64,000 nt of DNA from an uncultured Pelagibacteraceae bacterium (GCA_902519945.1 CABYLY010000002.1:45356-109355), one strand, 5' to 3'. Numbered from the stretch's first letter, positions 51,563 to 63,185 are shown. Notes: a model not told the origin generated them from the sequence alone. Program-made: numbers and translations.

Positions 51563-52348
51563 ATGAATTTAATGAAAGGCAAAAAGGGTTTGATCATGGG
51601 CGTTGCCAATGAGAGATCTATCGCGTGGGGTATTTCACAAAAATTAGCTGAAGCTGGTGCTGAGCTTGCCTTTACATATTTAGGAGATGCTTTAAAAAAA
51701 AGAGTTATTCCTTTAGCAGAAAAATTAAATTCAAAAGTTACATTTAGTTGTGATGTCGAAAAAAAAGAAGAAGTAGTAAAATTATTTGAAGATATTAAAT
51801 CTCAATGGGGTGAAATCGATTTTGTAGTTCATGCAGTAGCATTTTCAGATAAATCAGAATTATCAGGTGAATATTTAAATACAACTAGAGAAAACTTTTT
51901 AAGAAGTATGTTAATTTCATGTTTTTCATTCACAGAAGTTACAAAAGAAGCCTCAAAGGTAATGAAACAAGGTGGTAGTCTTCTGACATTAACTTACGAG
52001 TCAACTAAAGCTATTCCAAATTATAATGTAATGGGTGTTTGTAAATCAGCTTTGGAGGCTAGTGTTAAATACTTAGCTAGAGATTTGGGGGCTAAGGGGA
52101 TCAGAGTGAATGCAATAAGCGCTGGACCTATTAAAACTTTAGCTGCCTCAGCGATTGGTGATGCAAAATTTTTGTATAAGTGGAATGAAGACCACTCATT
52201 TCTAAAAAGAAACGTAGATATTCATGATGTTGGTAATTCAGCGTTATATCTATTAAGTAGTCTTGCAAATGGTGTCACAGGTGAAATTCACTATGTAGAT
52301 GCTGGGTACAACAAGGTTGGGATGCCAGATCCAAAAAATATTACCTGA
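51563..52348 (+). CDS. fabI: Enoyl-ACP reductase
   Basis: GVANERSIAWG, YNVMGVCK, SAGPIKTLA. Confidence 0.96.
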   Translation: MNLMKGKKGLIMGVANERSIAWGISQKLAEAGAELAFTYLGDALKKRVIPLAEKLNSKVTFSCDVEKKEEVVKLFEDIKSQWGEIDFVVHAVAFSDKSELSGEYLNTTRENFLRSMLISCFSFTEVTKEASKVMKQGGSLLTLTYESTKAIPNYNVMGVCKSALEASVKYLARDLGAKGIRVNAISAGPIKTLAASAIGDAKFLYKWNEDHSFLKRNVDIHDVGNSALYLLSSLANGVTGEIHYVDAGYNKVGMPDPKNIT

Positions 52349-52396
52349 AATTTAGTTAAATTTAGTTAAATATAAATTTAATTATTTTAAATACTA

Positions 52397-54469
52397 TTAT
52401 TCAGCAGCTTGTTTCATAGAGAGTTTTACTTTACCTCTATCGAATCCAATTACTTTAACTTTAACCTCATCACCTTCTTTCACAACATCAGTAACCTTAG
52501 CTACCCTTTTATCTGCAAGTTCTGAAATATGAACAAGTCCATCTTGTTTTCCTAAAAAGTTTACGAATGCACCAAACTCCATAATCTTCATAACTTTTCC
52601 TGAATAAATCTTGTTTAATTCAGCTTTGGCTGTAATGTCTTTAATCATCTGCATAGCAGTGTTTCTTGAAGCTTCATCTGGAGCAGCAACTGTTACTATG
52701 CCCTCATCATTTACATCTACTTTTGCACCTGATTTTTCAACTATTTCTCTTATTGTTGCACCACCTTTTCCAATTACAGCTGCAATATCTTTTTTATCCA
52801 CATTTATCTTTTCCATTTTTGGAGTATGTTTTCCAACGTCAGATCTTGAAGCTGATAATGCTTTATTCATTTCCCCTAAAATATGAACTCTTCCATCTTT
52901 GGCTTGACTTAATGCCTGTTCCATTATTTCAAATGTTATCCCTGTAATTTTGATATCCATTTGTAGAGAAGTAATTCCATCTTTGGTTCCAGCGACTTTG
53001 AAGTCCATGTCTCCTAAATGATCTTCATCACCTAAAATATCTGATAGGACACTAAAATCATCGCCCTCTTTTATTAAACCCATTGCAATACCTGCAACTG
53101 GTTCTTTAATTGGTACTCCAGCATCCATTAATGCTAAAGATGTTCCACAAACAGTAGCCATTGAGGATGAACCATTAGACTCTGTAATCTCTGAAACTAC
53201 TCTAAAAGTATAAGGAAATGACTCTTTTGATGGTAATGAAGAATGAATTGCTCTCCACGCTAATTTACCATGTCCTATTTCTCTTCTACCAGTTCCAATT
53301 CTTCCTGTTTCTCCTACTGAAAAAGGGGGGAAATTATAATGAAGCATAAACCTTTCTCTTTGTAATCCATCTAAGCTCTCAATTCTTTGTTCATCATCCG
53401 ATGTACCTAAAGTAGCTGTGACTATTGCCTGTGTTTCTCCTCTTGTAAATAAAGCAGATCCATGCGTTCTTGGTAAAATACCAACTTCACAAGAAATAGG
53501 TCTTACATCAGAAAGTCCTCTACCATCTATTCTATTTTTATTTTTTAAAATATCTGTTCTGACAATTGACTTTTCAAGATTCTTTAGTTCAGAGTTCACA
53601 TCAAGATCAGTATAGTTTTCATCTTCCTCATAAAGCTTTTTAGCTTTATCCGTAATTTCTGATATTTGATTTGATCTGTCTTGTTTGTCTCTAGTAGCAA
53701 ATGCTTTTTTAAGATCTTCTGTAAAAGTATCTTCAAGTTTCTTTTTAACCTCAGATAGGTCTTTCTTTTCAACAATCCATTCAGGTTTTCTGCATTCTTT
53801 AGCTAATTGCTCTATAATTTGAATCACCGGAACAAAACCTTCATGACCAAATTTAACTGCATTTAACATTTCTTCCTCAGTTAATCCGCTCGCCTCAGAC
53901 TCAACCATAAGCACAGCATCTTTTGTGCCAGCAACCACTAAATCTAATTTTGATTTTTCAAGTTCAACTTTTGAGGGATTTAAAACATATTTACCATCAA
54001 TATATCCAACTCTTGAAGCTCCCACGGGACCCATAAATGGCATTCCTGATATAGCTAAAGCTGCAGACGATGCAATAATTGACAAAATGTCTGCTTCATT
54101 TTCTTTATCATAAGAAATTACAGTTGGTAATAACTGAACTTCATTTTTAAATTCATCAGGAAACAATGGTCTGATCGGTCTATCAATTAATCTTGAGATT
54201 AATGTTTCACTCTCAGTTGGTCTTGCTTCTCTTTTAAAATATCCGCCAGGAATTTTTCCTGCTGCATAATATTTTTCCTGATAATTCACAGATAATGGAA
54301 AGTAATCCATGTCTGGATTTACTTTTTTTGCTCCAACGACTGTTGCTAAAACAACTGTCTCCCCACATGTTGCGATGATTGCTCCGTCTGCCTGTCTTGC
54401 TACTTTACCTGTTTCTAAAATTATTTTCTTTCCTGCTACTTCAACTTCCTTCTTGTATACTTTAAACAT
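52397..54469 (-). CDS. pnp: Polyribonucleotide nucleotidyltransferase
   Basis: [29 protein letters not shown] and S1 domains. Confidence 0.98.
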   Translation of the reverse strand: MFKVYKKEVEVAGKKIILETGKVARQADGAIIATCGETVVLATVVGAKKVNPDMDYFPLSVNYQEKYYAAGKIPGGYFKREARPTESETLISRLIDRPIRPLFPDEFKNEVQLLPTVISYDKENEADILSIIASSAALAISGMPFMGPVGASRVGYIDGKYVLNPSKVELEKSKLDLVVAGTKDAVLMVESEASGLTEEEMLNAVKFGHEGFVPVIQIIEQLAKECRKPEWIVEKKDLSEVKKKLEDTFTEDLKKAFATRDKQDRSNQISEITDKAKKLYEEDENYTDLDVNSELKNLEKSIVRTDILKNKNRIDGRGLSDVRPISCEVGILPRTHGSALFTRGETQAIVTATLGTSDDEQRIESLDGLQRERFMLHYNFPPFSVGETGRIGTGRREIGHGKLAWRAIHSSLPSKESFPYTFRVVSEITESNGSSSMATVCGTSLALMDAGVPIKEPVAGIAMGLIKEGDDFSVLSDILGDEDHLGDMDFKVAGTKDGITSLQMDIKITGITFEIMEQALSQAKDGRVHILGEMNKALSASRSDVGKHTPKMEKINVDKKDIAAVIGKGGATIREIVEKSGAKVDVNDEGIVTVAAPDEASRNTAMQMIKDITAKAELNKIYSGKVMKIMEFGAFVNFLGKQDGLVHISELADKRVAKVTDVVKEGDEVKVKVIGFDRGKVKLSMKQAAE

Positions 54470-54512
54470 TTCATTTCCATTTCGTTTCGTTCGTTTCGTT
54501 CCATTCCGTTCT
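54468..54512 (-). repeat. Degenerate GAAC/GAAAC/GAAAT tandem repeat in the pnp leader
   Basis: Minus strand AGAACGGAATGGAACGAAACGAACGAAACGAAATGGAAATGAAATG. Confidence 0.75.
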
Positions 54513-54526
54513 ATCTATCTTGATAC

Positions 54527-54775
54527 TTATTTTCTCAAATTCAATTTCGACAGGACATTTTTGTAAGAGTCTACCTTATTTCTTTTAAGATAATCTAACA
54601 ATTTTTTTCTTCTATTGACCGCTCTCAACAATCCAACAGATGAATGTTTATCTTTTTTGAATTGTTTAATGTGCTTTGATAGCGTTTCAATTTTTTCTGT
54701 CAACAAAGCAATCTGTATCTCTGATGATCCAGTATCTTTTTCATGCGTTGCTAACCTTTGTGCTTTTTTATTCAT
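54527..54775 (-). CDS. rpsO: 30S ribosomal protein S15
   Basis: DTGSSEIQIALLT, KDKHS..GL. Confidence 0.95.
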   Translation of the reverse strand: MNKKAQRLATHEKDTGSSEIQIALLTEKIETLSKHIKQFKKDKHSSVGLLRAVNRRKKLLDYLKRNKVDSYKNVLSKLNLRK

Positions 54776-54784
54776 ACTTTTTTC

Positions 54785-55153
54785 CTACTTATTAGCTTGT
54801 TTTATTAAATTTTCAATTTTTTCTGCATACTCAAAAGATTCATCTTTTCTAAAAAGTAATTTTGGTAAAAATTTCATAACCACTTTCTGCGATAAAATTT
54901 TTCTAATTAAAAATGAGTACTCTTTTAAAATATTAATTGTTTCTTCTGCATTCTTCCCACCAAGTGGTAAGACATATGCCTTAGCTATTTTTAAATCTTG
55001 ACTCATTCTAACCTCAGTAACCGTTATCTTATTAGTTTCTAAATTTGGAACTTTAGCCTCATTTCTTATAAAAATCATGCTTAAAGACTGCTTAATCATT
55101 TCACCAACTCTTAATTGTCTTTGTGATATTGGTTTTCCTATTCTATCTGTCAT
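54785..55153 (-). CDS. rbfA: Ribosome-binding factor A
   Basis: RQLRVGE, TVTEVRMSQDLKIAKAY, PKLLFRKDES. Confidence 0.95.
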   Translation of the reverse strand: MTDRIGKPISQRQLRVGEMIKQSLSMIFIRNEAKVPNLETNKITVTEVRMSQDLKIAKAYVLPLGGKNAEETINILKEYSFLIRKILSQKVVMKFLPKLLFRKDESFEYAEKIENLIKQANK

Positions 55154-57363
55154 TATATCGTCCTCTCTTTTGATGTAACACTAAAAGCCTCTATTGTATC
55201 ATTTTTTTGAAAATCCATGTAATCTTTAAGTGCAATTCCACATTCTTGGCCATTGTTTACTTGCTTCACTTGGTTTTTTTCCCTGAACAAGCTTCCGACC
55301 TTTCCTGTAAATATAATTGATCCGTCTCTTATTACTCTCACATCTGAATTACTGTTGATTTCTCCATCTGTTACTTTTGAACCTGCAACTTTACCTGCAC
55401 CCGAAACCTTAAAGATTTCTAAAATTTGTGCTGTGCCTATTATTTTTTCTTCAACATCAGGTGCTAACAAACCCGACATTCTTTTTTTTACAAAATCTAA
55501 AACTTCATAGATTATATTATATGATGAAATATTTATCTTTTCATTTTCTGCAAGTTTTTTTGCTTCCTTACTTGGCTTAACATTAAATGCTATTAAAACA
55601 GCATCTGAGGCCTTTGCCAATGTGACATCCGTCTCAGTTACCATACCTATATCTGCTAAAATAATTTTTGGTTTTACTTCCTCATGTTTAATTTGACTTA
55701 TTGCACTTTTAATCGCTTCTGAGGAACCATGAACATCAGATTTAATTATTAAATTTAATTCCTCAGTAGATTTATCAGAAAAAGCCGATTCTTTTGTCGC
55801 AAATGTTAAAGGATTTTTACCTTCTTTGCTTTCTTGAGCTCTGTTTTCACTTAAAGTTTTGGCTTCTTTCTCATTATCTAAAACTATAAAATCATCCCCT
55901 GCTTTTGCTGCTCCATTAATTCCTAAGATCTCAACTGGTGTTGATGGTAATGCTTCGTTAATGTTTTGTCCTTTGTCATTTATTATAGCTCTTACCTTTC
56001 CCCATCTCAATCCACTGACAAAAAAATCTCCTTTTTTCAAAGAACCTGTGGTAACAATAATTGTAGCGACGGGTCCTCTTCCCACATCGATTTTAGACTC
56101 TAGAACAATTCCAGTTGCTTTAGACTCAAAATCTGTTTTTAAATCTAATATTTCAGCTTGTAAAACTATTGCTTCAATCAACTTGTCTAAATTTAATTTT
56201 GTTTTTGCAGACATCTCAACCATGAGTGTATCTCCTGATAAATCCTCAGAAATTAACTCATGTTCTAATAATTGATTTTTAACTTTTTGAGGGTCAGCCT
56301 CAGGTAAATCACATTTATTTATCGCAACTACAATTGGAACATTCGCAGCTTTTGCATGTTTAATTGACTCAATAGTTTGTGGTTTTACACCATCATCAGC
56401 GGCAACAACTAAGACCACAATATCAGTCAGTTTAGAACCTCTTGCTCTCATTTCAGTAAAAGCAGCATGACCCGGTGTATCAATAAAAGTTAATTTATTT
56501 GATTGATTTTCAATCTGATAAGCTCCTATATGTTGGGTGATTCCACCAAATTCACCTGATACTACGTTTGTACTTCTTAGAGTATCTAACACTGAAGTTT
56601 TTCCGTGATCAACATGTCCCATGACAGTTATTATTGGTGGTCTATTCTTTAGATTTTCAGACCTTGAGGCTTTTATTTTTTGAATAATTTCCTCTGCTTT
56701 TTCTTCCCTGATAGGATTATGGCCAAATTCTTTTACCAAAAATTCTGCAGTATCAGCTGCTAAACTCTGATTTATAGTAACTGTTACCCCCATACCAAAT
56801 AAATATTTGATAACATTGCTTGATTGCTCGGCCATTCTATTAGCAAGCTCTCTTACCGTTATCGACTCAGGAATATTGATATTCCTTTTTATTGGTTTTA
56901 AATTTTCTTGGTTTTCCTCTTTAGATAAACTTTTATTTTCTTTTTGTCTTGCCCTTTTAACTGAAGCCAAACTTCGTTCACGAGCTTCAATTTGATCACT
57001 CAAAGCTCTAGAAACAGTTAATTTCATCTCCCTTTTTTTTGAACCAATTTTTGAGCTTTTTTTCTCTTTATTTTCATTTGATCCTTTTAATCTTTTTGTG
57101 GCTCTTTGTTCAGCTAACTTACGTTTTTCAAAATCATTTATTTGAAAGTTTTGCTTAGGAAAGTTTTTTTGTAATGTATTTCTTGATAATGTACTACCTT
57201 TTTGCTTAAAATTGCTTTGTTTTTGAAAAGTAGCTTTGCTAGAAAATTTATTTGTTTTTTTTTCTATTACTCTTGAATTTGTTCCTTGAGTTTTAGCAAT
57301 TTCTATATTTCTTATCGACTTTTTTGCTCCACCAGATATTGTCAATTTTGTTTTTTTTTCCAT
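55153..57363 (-). CDS. infB: Translation initiation factor IF-2
   Basis: MGHVDHGKT, GGITQHIGAY, DTPGHAAF. Confidence 0.98.
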   Translation of the reverse strand: MEKKTKLTISGGAKKSIRNIEIAKTQGTNSRVIEKKTNKFSSKATFQKQSNFKQKGSTLSRNTLQKNFPKQNFQINDFEKRKLAEQRATKRLKGSNENKEKKSSKIGSKKREMKLTVSRALSDQIEARERSLASVKRARQKENKSLSKEENQENLKPIKRNINIPESITVRELANRMAEQSSNVIKYLFGMGVTVTINQSLAADTAEFLVKEFGHNPIREEKAEEIIQKIKASRSENLKNRPPIITVMGHVDHGKTSVLDTLRSTNVVSGEFGGITQHIGAYQIENQSNKLTFIDTPGHAAFTEMRARGSKLTDIVVLVVAADDGVKPQTIESIKHAKAANVPIVVAINKCDLPEADPQKVKNQLLEHELISEDLSGDTLMVEMSAKTKLNLDKLIEAIVLQAEILDLKTDFESKATGIVLESKIDVGRGPVATIIVTTGSLKKGDFFVSGLRWGKVRAIINDKGQNINEALPSTPVEILGINGAAKAGDDFIVLDNEKEAKTLSENRAQESKEGKNPLTFATKESAFSDKSTEELNLIIKSDVHGSSEAIKSAISQIKHEEVKPKIILADIGMVTETDVTLAKASDAVLIAFNVKPSKEAKKLAENEKINISSYNIIYEVLDFVKKRMSGLLAPDVEEKIIGTAQILEIFKVSGAGKVAGSKVTDGEINSNSDVRVIRDGSIIFTGKVGSLFREKNQVKQVNNGQECGIALKDYMDFQKNDTIEAFSVTSKERTI

Positions 57364-57373
57364 ATCTCATCTC

Positions 57374-58927
57374 TCAATCTTTATAAACAATATTTCTCGC
57401 TGACATAATTAATGTATCAGCTTCCTCTTTTGACAAAGCGAAATCTTCCAGATAACCATGAATTTTAACTCTCTCTCCTTTAATTACGTCATAGCCTCCT
57501 GTGAGTTCGTCTGAGGCCAAATCAGCAAAATCTTCTAATTTTAGAATTTTTTGTTCGCCTAAAGTAACTAACATTCCAGGTGTTAATCCTTGTAATTTAA
57601 TTAATGCGTCTTCTAGACCAAGTTCTTTTATTCTCTCAGAAATATCCTCTTGATCTTTTTGATGAAATTCTTTAGCTCTTTCTATAAGAGCCATAGCGGT
57701 ATCTTCTTCGATACCTTCAATTTTAGTTAAATTTTCTAAAGTGCTATCCTTGATATCATCAATTGTTGAAAAGCCCTCTGCTACGAGCAATTGTCCAAGT
57801 GTCTCGTCTAATTCTAAATTCTTAACAAAATTTTCTGTTTTTTCTTTAAATTCTAACTGCCGTCTTTCTGAATCTTCTGCATCAGTCATTATATTAATTT
57901 CAAAATTTATTAACTTAGTCGCAAGCCTAACATTTTGACCTCTTCTACCAATCGCTTTGCTTAAGTTTTCCTCAGTTAAAATAACATCAAGTTTTTTTCT
58001 ATCGGTATCAACGTTTACCCTTTGAACTTCAGCAGGAGAAAGTGCATTTGATACTAAAATAGCTGGGTCCTCAGACCAATTTACTATATCAATTTTTTCA
58101 CCTTGTAATTCATTAACGACAGCTTGAACTCTTGAACCTCTCATACCTACACAAGCTCCAACTGGGTCAAGTGAGGTATCGACTGCTTTTACACAAATTT
58201 TTGCTCTACTTCCTGGGTCCCTTGAAGATGATTTAATTTCAATCAATCCATCATAAATTTCTGGTACTTCTTGAAAAAATAATTTTTCCATAAATTTTGG
58301 ATGAGCTCTTGATAAAAAGATTTGTTGTCCACGTTGCTCTCTTCTTACATCATAGCAGTAAGCTTTTATTCTATCACCTGCCTTAATATTTTCTCTAGGA
58401 ATTAACTCATTTTTTTGAATAATTGCCTCTGTCCTTCCTAGATCAACTATCACGTTTCCAAACTCTAATCTTTTTACTATACCACTTAAAATTGAATCCT
58501 TTTTATCTATAAAATCATTATATTGTCTTTCTCTTTCAGCTTCCCTTACATTAAAGCTGATAACTTGTTTAGCAGTTTGAGCAGCTATTCTTCCAAAATC
58601 GAAAGATGGTAATGGTTGTAAAACCTCGTCGCCAATGTTTTTATCTTTATTTGTTTCATTTAAAATAATTGCATCCTCTAATTTAATTTCAGTATTGGAA
58701 TTCTCTGGATTCTCCGAAACAATTAATTTTCTGAAAATTTCTATGTTACCATTATCTCTGTTTATAGAGACCTTTATCTCATTGTCTTGACCAAATTTGG
58801 ATTTAGCAGCTTTTGCTATTCCTGTTTCCATCGAAGCAATAATTAACTCTTTATCTATAGATTTCTCTAAAGCAACTGCCTCAGCTATTCTCAATAATTC
58901 AAGTTTATCGGCTCTTTTATTTAACAT
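57374..58927 (-). CDS. nusA: Transcription termination factor NusA
   Basis: FGRIAAQTAKQ, DPVGACVGMRGSRV, AIGRRGQNVRLA. Confidence 0.98.
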   Translation of the reverse strand: MLNKRADKLELLRIAEAVALEKSIDKELIIASMETGIAKAAKSKFGQDNEIKVSINRDNGNIEIFRKLIVSENPENSNTEIKLEDAIILNETNKDKNIGDEVLQPLPSFDFGRIAAQTAKQVISFNVREAERERQYNDFIDKKDSILSGIVKRLEFGNVIVDLGRTEAIIQKNELIPRENIKAGDRIKAYCYDVRREQRGQQIFLSRAHPKFMEKLFFQEVPEIYDGLIEIKSSSRDPGSRAKICVKAVDTSLDPVGACVGMRGSRVQAVVNELQGEKIDIVNWSEDPAILVSNALSPAEVQRVNVDTDRKKLDVILTEENLSKAIGRRGQNVRLATKLINFEINIMTDAEDSERRQLEFKEKTENFVKNLELDETLGQLLVAEGFSTIDDIKDSTLENLTKIEGIEEDTAMALIERAKEFHQKDQEDISERIKELGLEDALIKLQGLTPGMLVTLGEQKILKLEDFADLASDELTGGYDVIKGERVKIHGYLEDFALSKEEADTLIMSARNIVYKD

Positions 58928-58942
58928 ATTTTAGTTTACTCC

Positions 58943-58970
58943 AAAAAAAAATGGGCTTAAGCCCATTTTT
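58943..58970 (-). terminator. rimP-leader-type terminator/attenuator directly upstream of nusA
   Basis: AAAAATGGGC-TTAA-GCCCATTTTTTTTT followed immediately by the GGAG SD. Confidence 0.75.
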
Positions 58971-59025
58971 GAAATGCAATAATGTATCGTGAATATAGTA
59001 AAGTTTTTCTTTAATTCAACTGAAA

Positions 59026-60195
59026 CTATTTAGAAAAAACACCTATTTTATCAATTTTTTCCCAAGAAAATGAGCCACTATCATCTGGAACTCTTCCAAA
59101 ATGTCCATATGCTGATGTTTTTTCGTAAATTGGTTTATTTAACTTTAACATTTCTCTTATACCTCTTGGACTCAAATCAAAGTTTTCTTTAATTTTATCA
59201 ACAACAAATTTGTTTTTATCTAAATCATCATCAAATAAATCAACATAAATAGATAATGGCTTAGAAACTCCTATAGCGTATGACAATTGCATTAAACACT
59301 TATTTGCAATTTTTGATGCAACAATATTTTTTGCAATATATCTAGCTGCATAAGCTGCGGATCGATCTACCTTCGTAGGGTCCTTTCCAGAAAATGCTCC
59401 TCCTCCGTGTGGGGCAGCTCCTCCATAAGTATCAACAATAATTTTCCTTCCTGTTAATCCACAATCTCCATCAGGCCCCCCAATTACAAAATTACCTGTT
59501 GGATTAACATAAAAATTATTTTCATTGAAATCTTCTAAAAAGTTTTCTGGGATGGATTTTGAAATGTAAGGTCTTAATAAATCTCTAACCTGTGATTGAT
59601 TTATATCTGGCGAATGTTGAGAAGATATAACAATAGATTTTACTTTTGCGGGTTTACCGTCGATGTACTCAAATGTAACTTGGCTTTTAGAGTCTGGTTC
59701 AATATTATCTAGATTACCTGACTTTCTATCTTCTGCCATCAATCTTAGAATTTTATGTGAATAATGAATTGGAGCTGGCATTAACAAATCAGTCTCGTTG
59801 CAAGCGTAACCAAACATAATTCCTTGATCACCAGCACCTTCATCCTTGTTACCAGATGAGTCTACCCCAATTGCAATATCAGAAGATTGGGAGTGTAAAT
59901 GACTTTCAATTTTTGTAGCTTCTCTCCAAGTAAAACCTTCTTGATCATAACCAATATCTTTTATGCAATTTCTCACTTTACTTATTAATTCATCTTTCTT
60001 GATTTCTGGTCCTCTCACTTCTCCTGCCAAAACAACTTTATTTGTTGTAGTTAGAGTTTCACATGCAACTCTTGAGAATGGATCGCTGGAAAGGTATGTA
60101 TCAACAACCATATCAGAAATTCTATCCGAAACCTTGTCTGGATGTCCCTCCGAAACTGACTCACTTGTAAAAAGAAAATTTTTTAAACTACTCAT
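59026..60195 (-). CDS. metK: S-adenosylmethionine synthetase
   Basis: [28 protein letters not shown]. Confidence 0.98.
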   Translation of the reverse strand: MSSLKNFLFTSESVSEGHPDKVSDRISDMVVDTYLSSDPFSRVACETLTTTNKVVLAGEVRGPEIKKDELISKVRNCIKDIGYDQEGFTWREATKIESHLHSQSSDIAIGVDSSGNKDEGAGDQGIMFGYACNETDLLMPAPIHYSHKILRLMAEDRKSGNLDNIEPDSKSQVTFEYIDGKPAKVKSIVISSQHSPDINQSQVRDLLRPYISKSIPENFLEDFNENNFYVNPTGNFVIGGPDGDCGLTGRKIIVDTYGGAAPHGGGAFSGKDPTKVDRSAAYAARYIAKNIVASKIANKCLMQLSYAIGVSKPLSIYVDLFDDDLDKNKFVVDKIKENFDLSPRGIREMLKLNKPIYEKTSAYGHFGRVPDDSGSFSWEKIDKIGVFSK

Positions 60196-61753
60196 CACTG
60201 CTTCTATTAAATGAAATAGCTAGAAAAATATACAATAAAATCAGTATCATAAAAATTTTATTTCCATATGTAGAGAAAATTGTTTTACCAAAGTCTTTCC
60301 TTTTTTCGAAATCAATATAATTAGAATTTCCATAATCGATTTTTTTTTCTATTTGACCCAAAGGATTTATTATTGCTGCCATTCCATTATTTGAAGATCG
60401 TAAGACATATTTTCCATTTTCTATTGCTCGAAATATACTATGAGAGAAATGTTGTTTTGGCCCAATAGATTTTCCGAACCATCCATCTTCGGAAATATTA
60501 AGTATAAAATCAAAATCTGAACTATTAGTTAAACTACCACTATAAATTATCTCATAGCAAATGAGCGGCAAAAATTTTAATTCCTTTCCATCTTTTTGTA
60601 TCTTTAAAATTTTTCTTTCATCTCCACTTGTAAATGATCCAATATTTCCAGTGATAGTTTTCAATCCAATTTTATTAAGAATGTTTTCTATCGGCAAGAA
60701 TTCACCGAACGGGACAAGGTTAATTTTATCATATTTGCTTATCAAGTTTAAATTATTATCAAATAATGAAAAAGAGTTATAATAATTATATTTATCGTTT
60801 CTACTTTCTCTTCTTGTAATTCCTAATCCAATTAAATGATTTTCATCAAAAGATTTTATAATAATATCCTTATATAAATAAAATTCATCCTGATAAGTGT
60901 CAGGTATAATTCCTTCTGGCCATATAAATAGAATATTTTTTTTTTTTTCTGGTGAACTTATTTTAATCAATTCATCTATTACTTTTTCAGTTTGAGCACT
61001 TTTGTAGTATCTTTCTAGACTAATATTTGAAGCAATAATTCTTATTAGGTAAGGATTTTCTTTTTCTATATTACTTAAAAATTCTTTTTTTTGAAAATTT
61101 CCATTTGTAAAAAATAAAATTGGTAATAATAAAAAAAAAATACAAACCGATATTTCTCTATTAGTTTTTCTTAAGATATATAAAGCAGGTAAAGTAAAAA
61201 AACTTATAACAATTAAATTTAACGAATATGTGCCAATGATGGAAATTATGCTTATAAAATTTAAATTTTCAGAAAAACTATAAACAAAAAGATTCCATGG
61301 AAATCCTGTTAAAATTATTCCTCTTATAAATTCAATAGATCCAAATATAAGAGAAAAAGAAAAAAAGGCGCTTAAAATATTTTTTGGATTAAACCAAAAA
61401 AATAAGGAGGTTATTATTCCATAAAATAAAGCCAATGAGGCAGGTATCAAAATTAAAGACACTGGAATCAGGTAGCTGTAACTAACATCAAAACTCAAAG
61501 ATATTGTTATCCAATAAAGATTTGTTAGAAAATAACTAAAACCAAAAAGCCAACCAAAATAAAAAAAAGATCTGATTGTTTTTTGTTGTATTAATTTTTT
61601 AAATAAAAAACTAAAAAAAAAACTTAATGTAAAAAAATTTATAAAAAAAAAGTTTAATGGTGGCAGACTTAAAGATGACAAAGATCCTAGTGTGAGGACT
61701 AAAAATGACTCTAATAAAAAATTTTTTTTCAATTTAATTAAATAATTTTTCAA
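60188..61753 (-). CDS. lnt: Apolipoprotein N-acyltransferase
   Basis: [26 protein letters not shown]. Confidence 0.94.
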   Translation of the reverse strand: MKNYLIKLKKNFLLESFLVLTLGSLSSLSLPPLNFFFINFFTLSFFFSFLFKKLIQQKTIRSFFYFGWLFGFSYFLTNLYWITISLSFDVSYSYLIPVSLILIPASLALFYGIITSLFFWFNPKNILSAFFSFSLIFGSIEFIRGIILTGFPWNLFVYSFSENLNFISIISIIGTYSLNLIVISFFTLPALYILRKTNREISVCIFFLLLPILFFTNGNFQKKEFLSNIEKENPYLIRIIASNISLERYYKSAQTEKVIDELIKISSPEKKKNILFIWPEGIIPDTYQDEFYLYKDIIIKSFDENHLIGLGITRRESRNDKYNYYNSFSLFDNNLNLISKYDKINLVPFGEFLPIENILNKIGLKTITGNIGSFTSGDERKILKIQKDGKELKFLPLICYEIIYSGSLTNSSDFDFILNISEDGWFGKSIGPKQHFSHSIFRAIENGKYVLRSSNNGMAAIINPLGQIEKKIDYGNSNYIDFEKRKDFGKTIFSTYGNKIFMILILLYIFLAISFNRSSDE

Positions 61754-62195
61754 CAGATTTAAAAATTTTTTTTTCTTCTTTTAACATTTTTTCAAAATCT
61801 TTATTTTTATGATGGTCATAACCCAGTAAATGTAAAAATCCATGTATAAAAATTTTTATTGTTCTTTTTTTGAAATTATCCTTATCTAAGTTTTTTGGAT
61901 TATTCATGTAATTAAAACTTATTATAATGTCACCAAGGTAAATTTCTTTTTTATTACTAATCTTTTTTTCAAACGGAAAAGATAAAATATCGGTATGCTT
62001 ATTTTTTTTTCTAAATTTTTTATTTAAAATTTTTATCTTTTGGTTATTAGAAAGTAATAAAGTTAAATATACTTTTTTGTTGATGAATTTGAATTTTTTT
62101 GGAAAATTTTTACAAACTTTATTAAATAATTCCTCACTTTTGGTTATTTTCTTTGCCCAAGAATTTTCTTCGGAGAGTACATTAACTTTTATCAT
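61734..62195 (-). CDS. ybeY: rRNA maturation RNase YbeY
   Basis: TDILSFP, LGDIII, HGFLHLLGYDH; ATG 62195 preferred. Confidence 0.94.
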   Translation of the reverse strand: MIKVNVLSEENSWAKKITKSEELFNKVCKNFPKKFKFINKKVYLTLLLSNNQKIKILNKKFRKKNKHTDILSFPFEKKISNKKEIYLGDIIISFNYMNNPKNLDKDNFKKRTIKIFIHGFLHLLGYDHHKNKDFEKMLKEEKKIFKSVEKLFN

Positions 62196-63183
62196 TATTG
62201 TTGTAAGCCTTAACAATTTTTGAAACTAATGGATGTCTAACTACGTCTGAATGATCAAAATCTACTACAGCAATCTCATTTAAATGAGATAATAGTTTTT
62301 TTGATCTATCTAAACCAGACATGTTTTTATTTGGTAAATCTATCTGGCTAGGATCTCCGTTTACGACAATCTTCGAGTTTTCTCCTATTCTGGTCAGGAA
62401 CATTTTTATTTGTGTGTCTGTCGCGTTTTGAGCTTCATCTAAAATTGCAAAGGAATTTTTTAATGTTCTACCACGCATAAAAGCTAAAGGTGCTATTTCA
62501 ATGTCTCCAATTTCAATCATTCTTTGTATCTTCTCAAAATGAAACAGATCATACAAAGAGTCGTATAGAGGCCTTAAATAAGGGTCAACTTTCTCTTTCA
62601 TGTCTCCAGGTAAAAAACCTAATCTTTCACCTGCTTCAACCGCAGGTCTTGATAAAATTATTCTCTCAATCTTTTTTTCTAATAACATTGTTAAACCGAT
62701 AGCAACAGCTAAGAATGTTTTTCCTGTTCCAGCAGGACCAGCAGAAATTATTATTTCATTTTGTCTTAACGCTCTAACATATTCTTTTTGTTTTTCTGAC
62801 CTTGGAATAATAGACTTTTTTGGAGTCTTGATTATATCAGTTACATTAGTATTTTTAACTTTTTCATTTATCATAAACTGATCAACTGAAGATAAAATAT
62901 CTTTTTGTTCGATTGAACCATTATTTATAAACTGATTTGCCAAAAATTGAATAGCATTTTTTAATACTTCATTTTTTTCAGGTGTAGATTTAATTAAAAT
63001 AGAATTCCCTCTAGAATAAATATTTGATAATGTAATTTTTTCTAATTCTTTTAAATTTTTATTAAACTCCCCTACAACTCCCATAAGCAAATCATTCTCA
63101 TGAAAAATCACGCTTATAGAGTTGTTGTCTGAATAAACAAATTTTAGCGTAGATTGGATATCTTTTTTAATAGTACTAGTCAA
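62182..63183 (-). CDS. PhoH-family ATPase (YbeZ-like)
   Basis: GPAGTGKT, RPAVEAGERLGFLPG, RGRT, DEAQN. Confidence 0.94.
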   Translation of the reverse strand: MTSTIKKDIQSTLKFVYSDNNSISVIFHENDLLMGVVGEFNKNLKELEKITLSNIYSRGNSILIKSTPEKNEVLKNAIQFLANQFINNGSIEQKDILSSVDQFMINEKVKNTNVTDIIKTPKKSIIPRSEKQKEYVRALRQNEIIISAGPAGTGKTFLAVAIGLTMLLEKKIERIILSRPAVEAGERLGFLPGDMKEKVDPYLRPLYDSLYDLFHFEKIQRMIEIGDIEIAPLAFMRGRTLKNSFAILDEAQNATDTQIKMFLTRIGENSKIVVNGDPSQIDLPNKNMSGLDRSKKLLSHLNEIAVVDFDHSDVVRHPLVSKIVKAYNNNDKS

Positions 63184-63185
63184 AT

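Noticed and set aside
52348-52372. AAATTTAGTT direct repeat between fabI and pnp; possible CtrA box
   Set aside because: Only two copies in AT-rich DNA; TTAA spacing is N6 rather than N7; it lies between convergent genes
60195-60300. SAM riboswitch upstream of metK
   Set aside because: metK start overlaps the lnt 3' end, so there is no leader, and no SAM-II/SAM-V-like sequence was recognised
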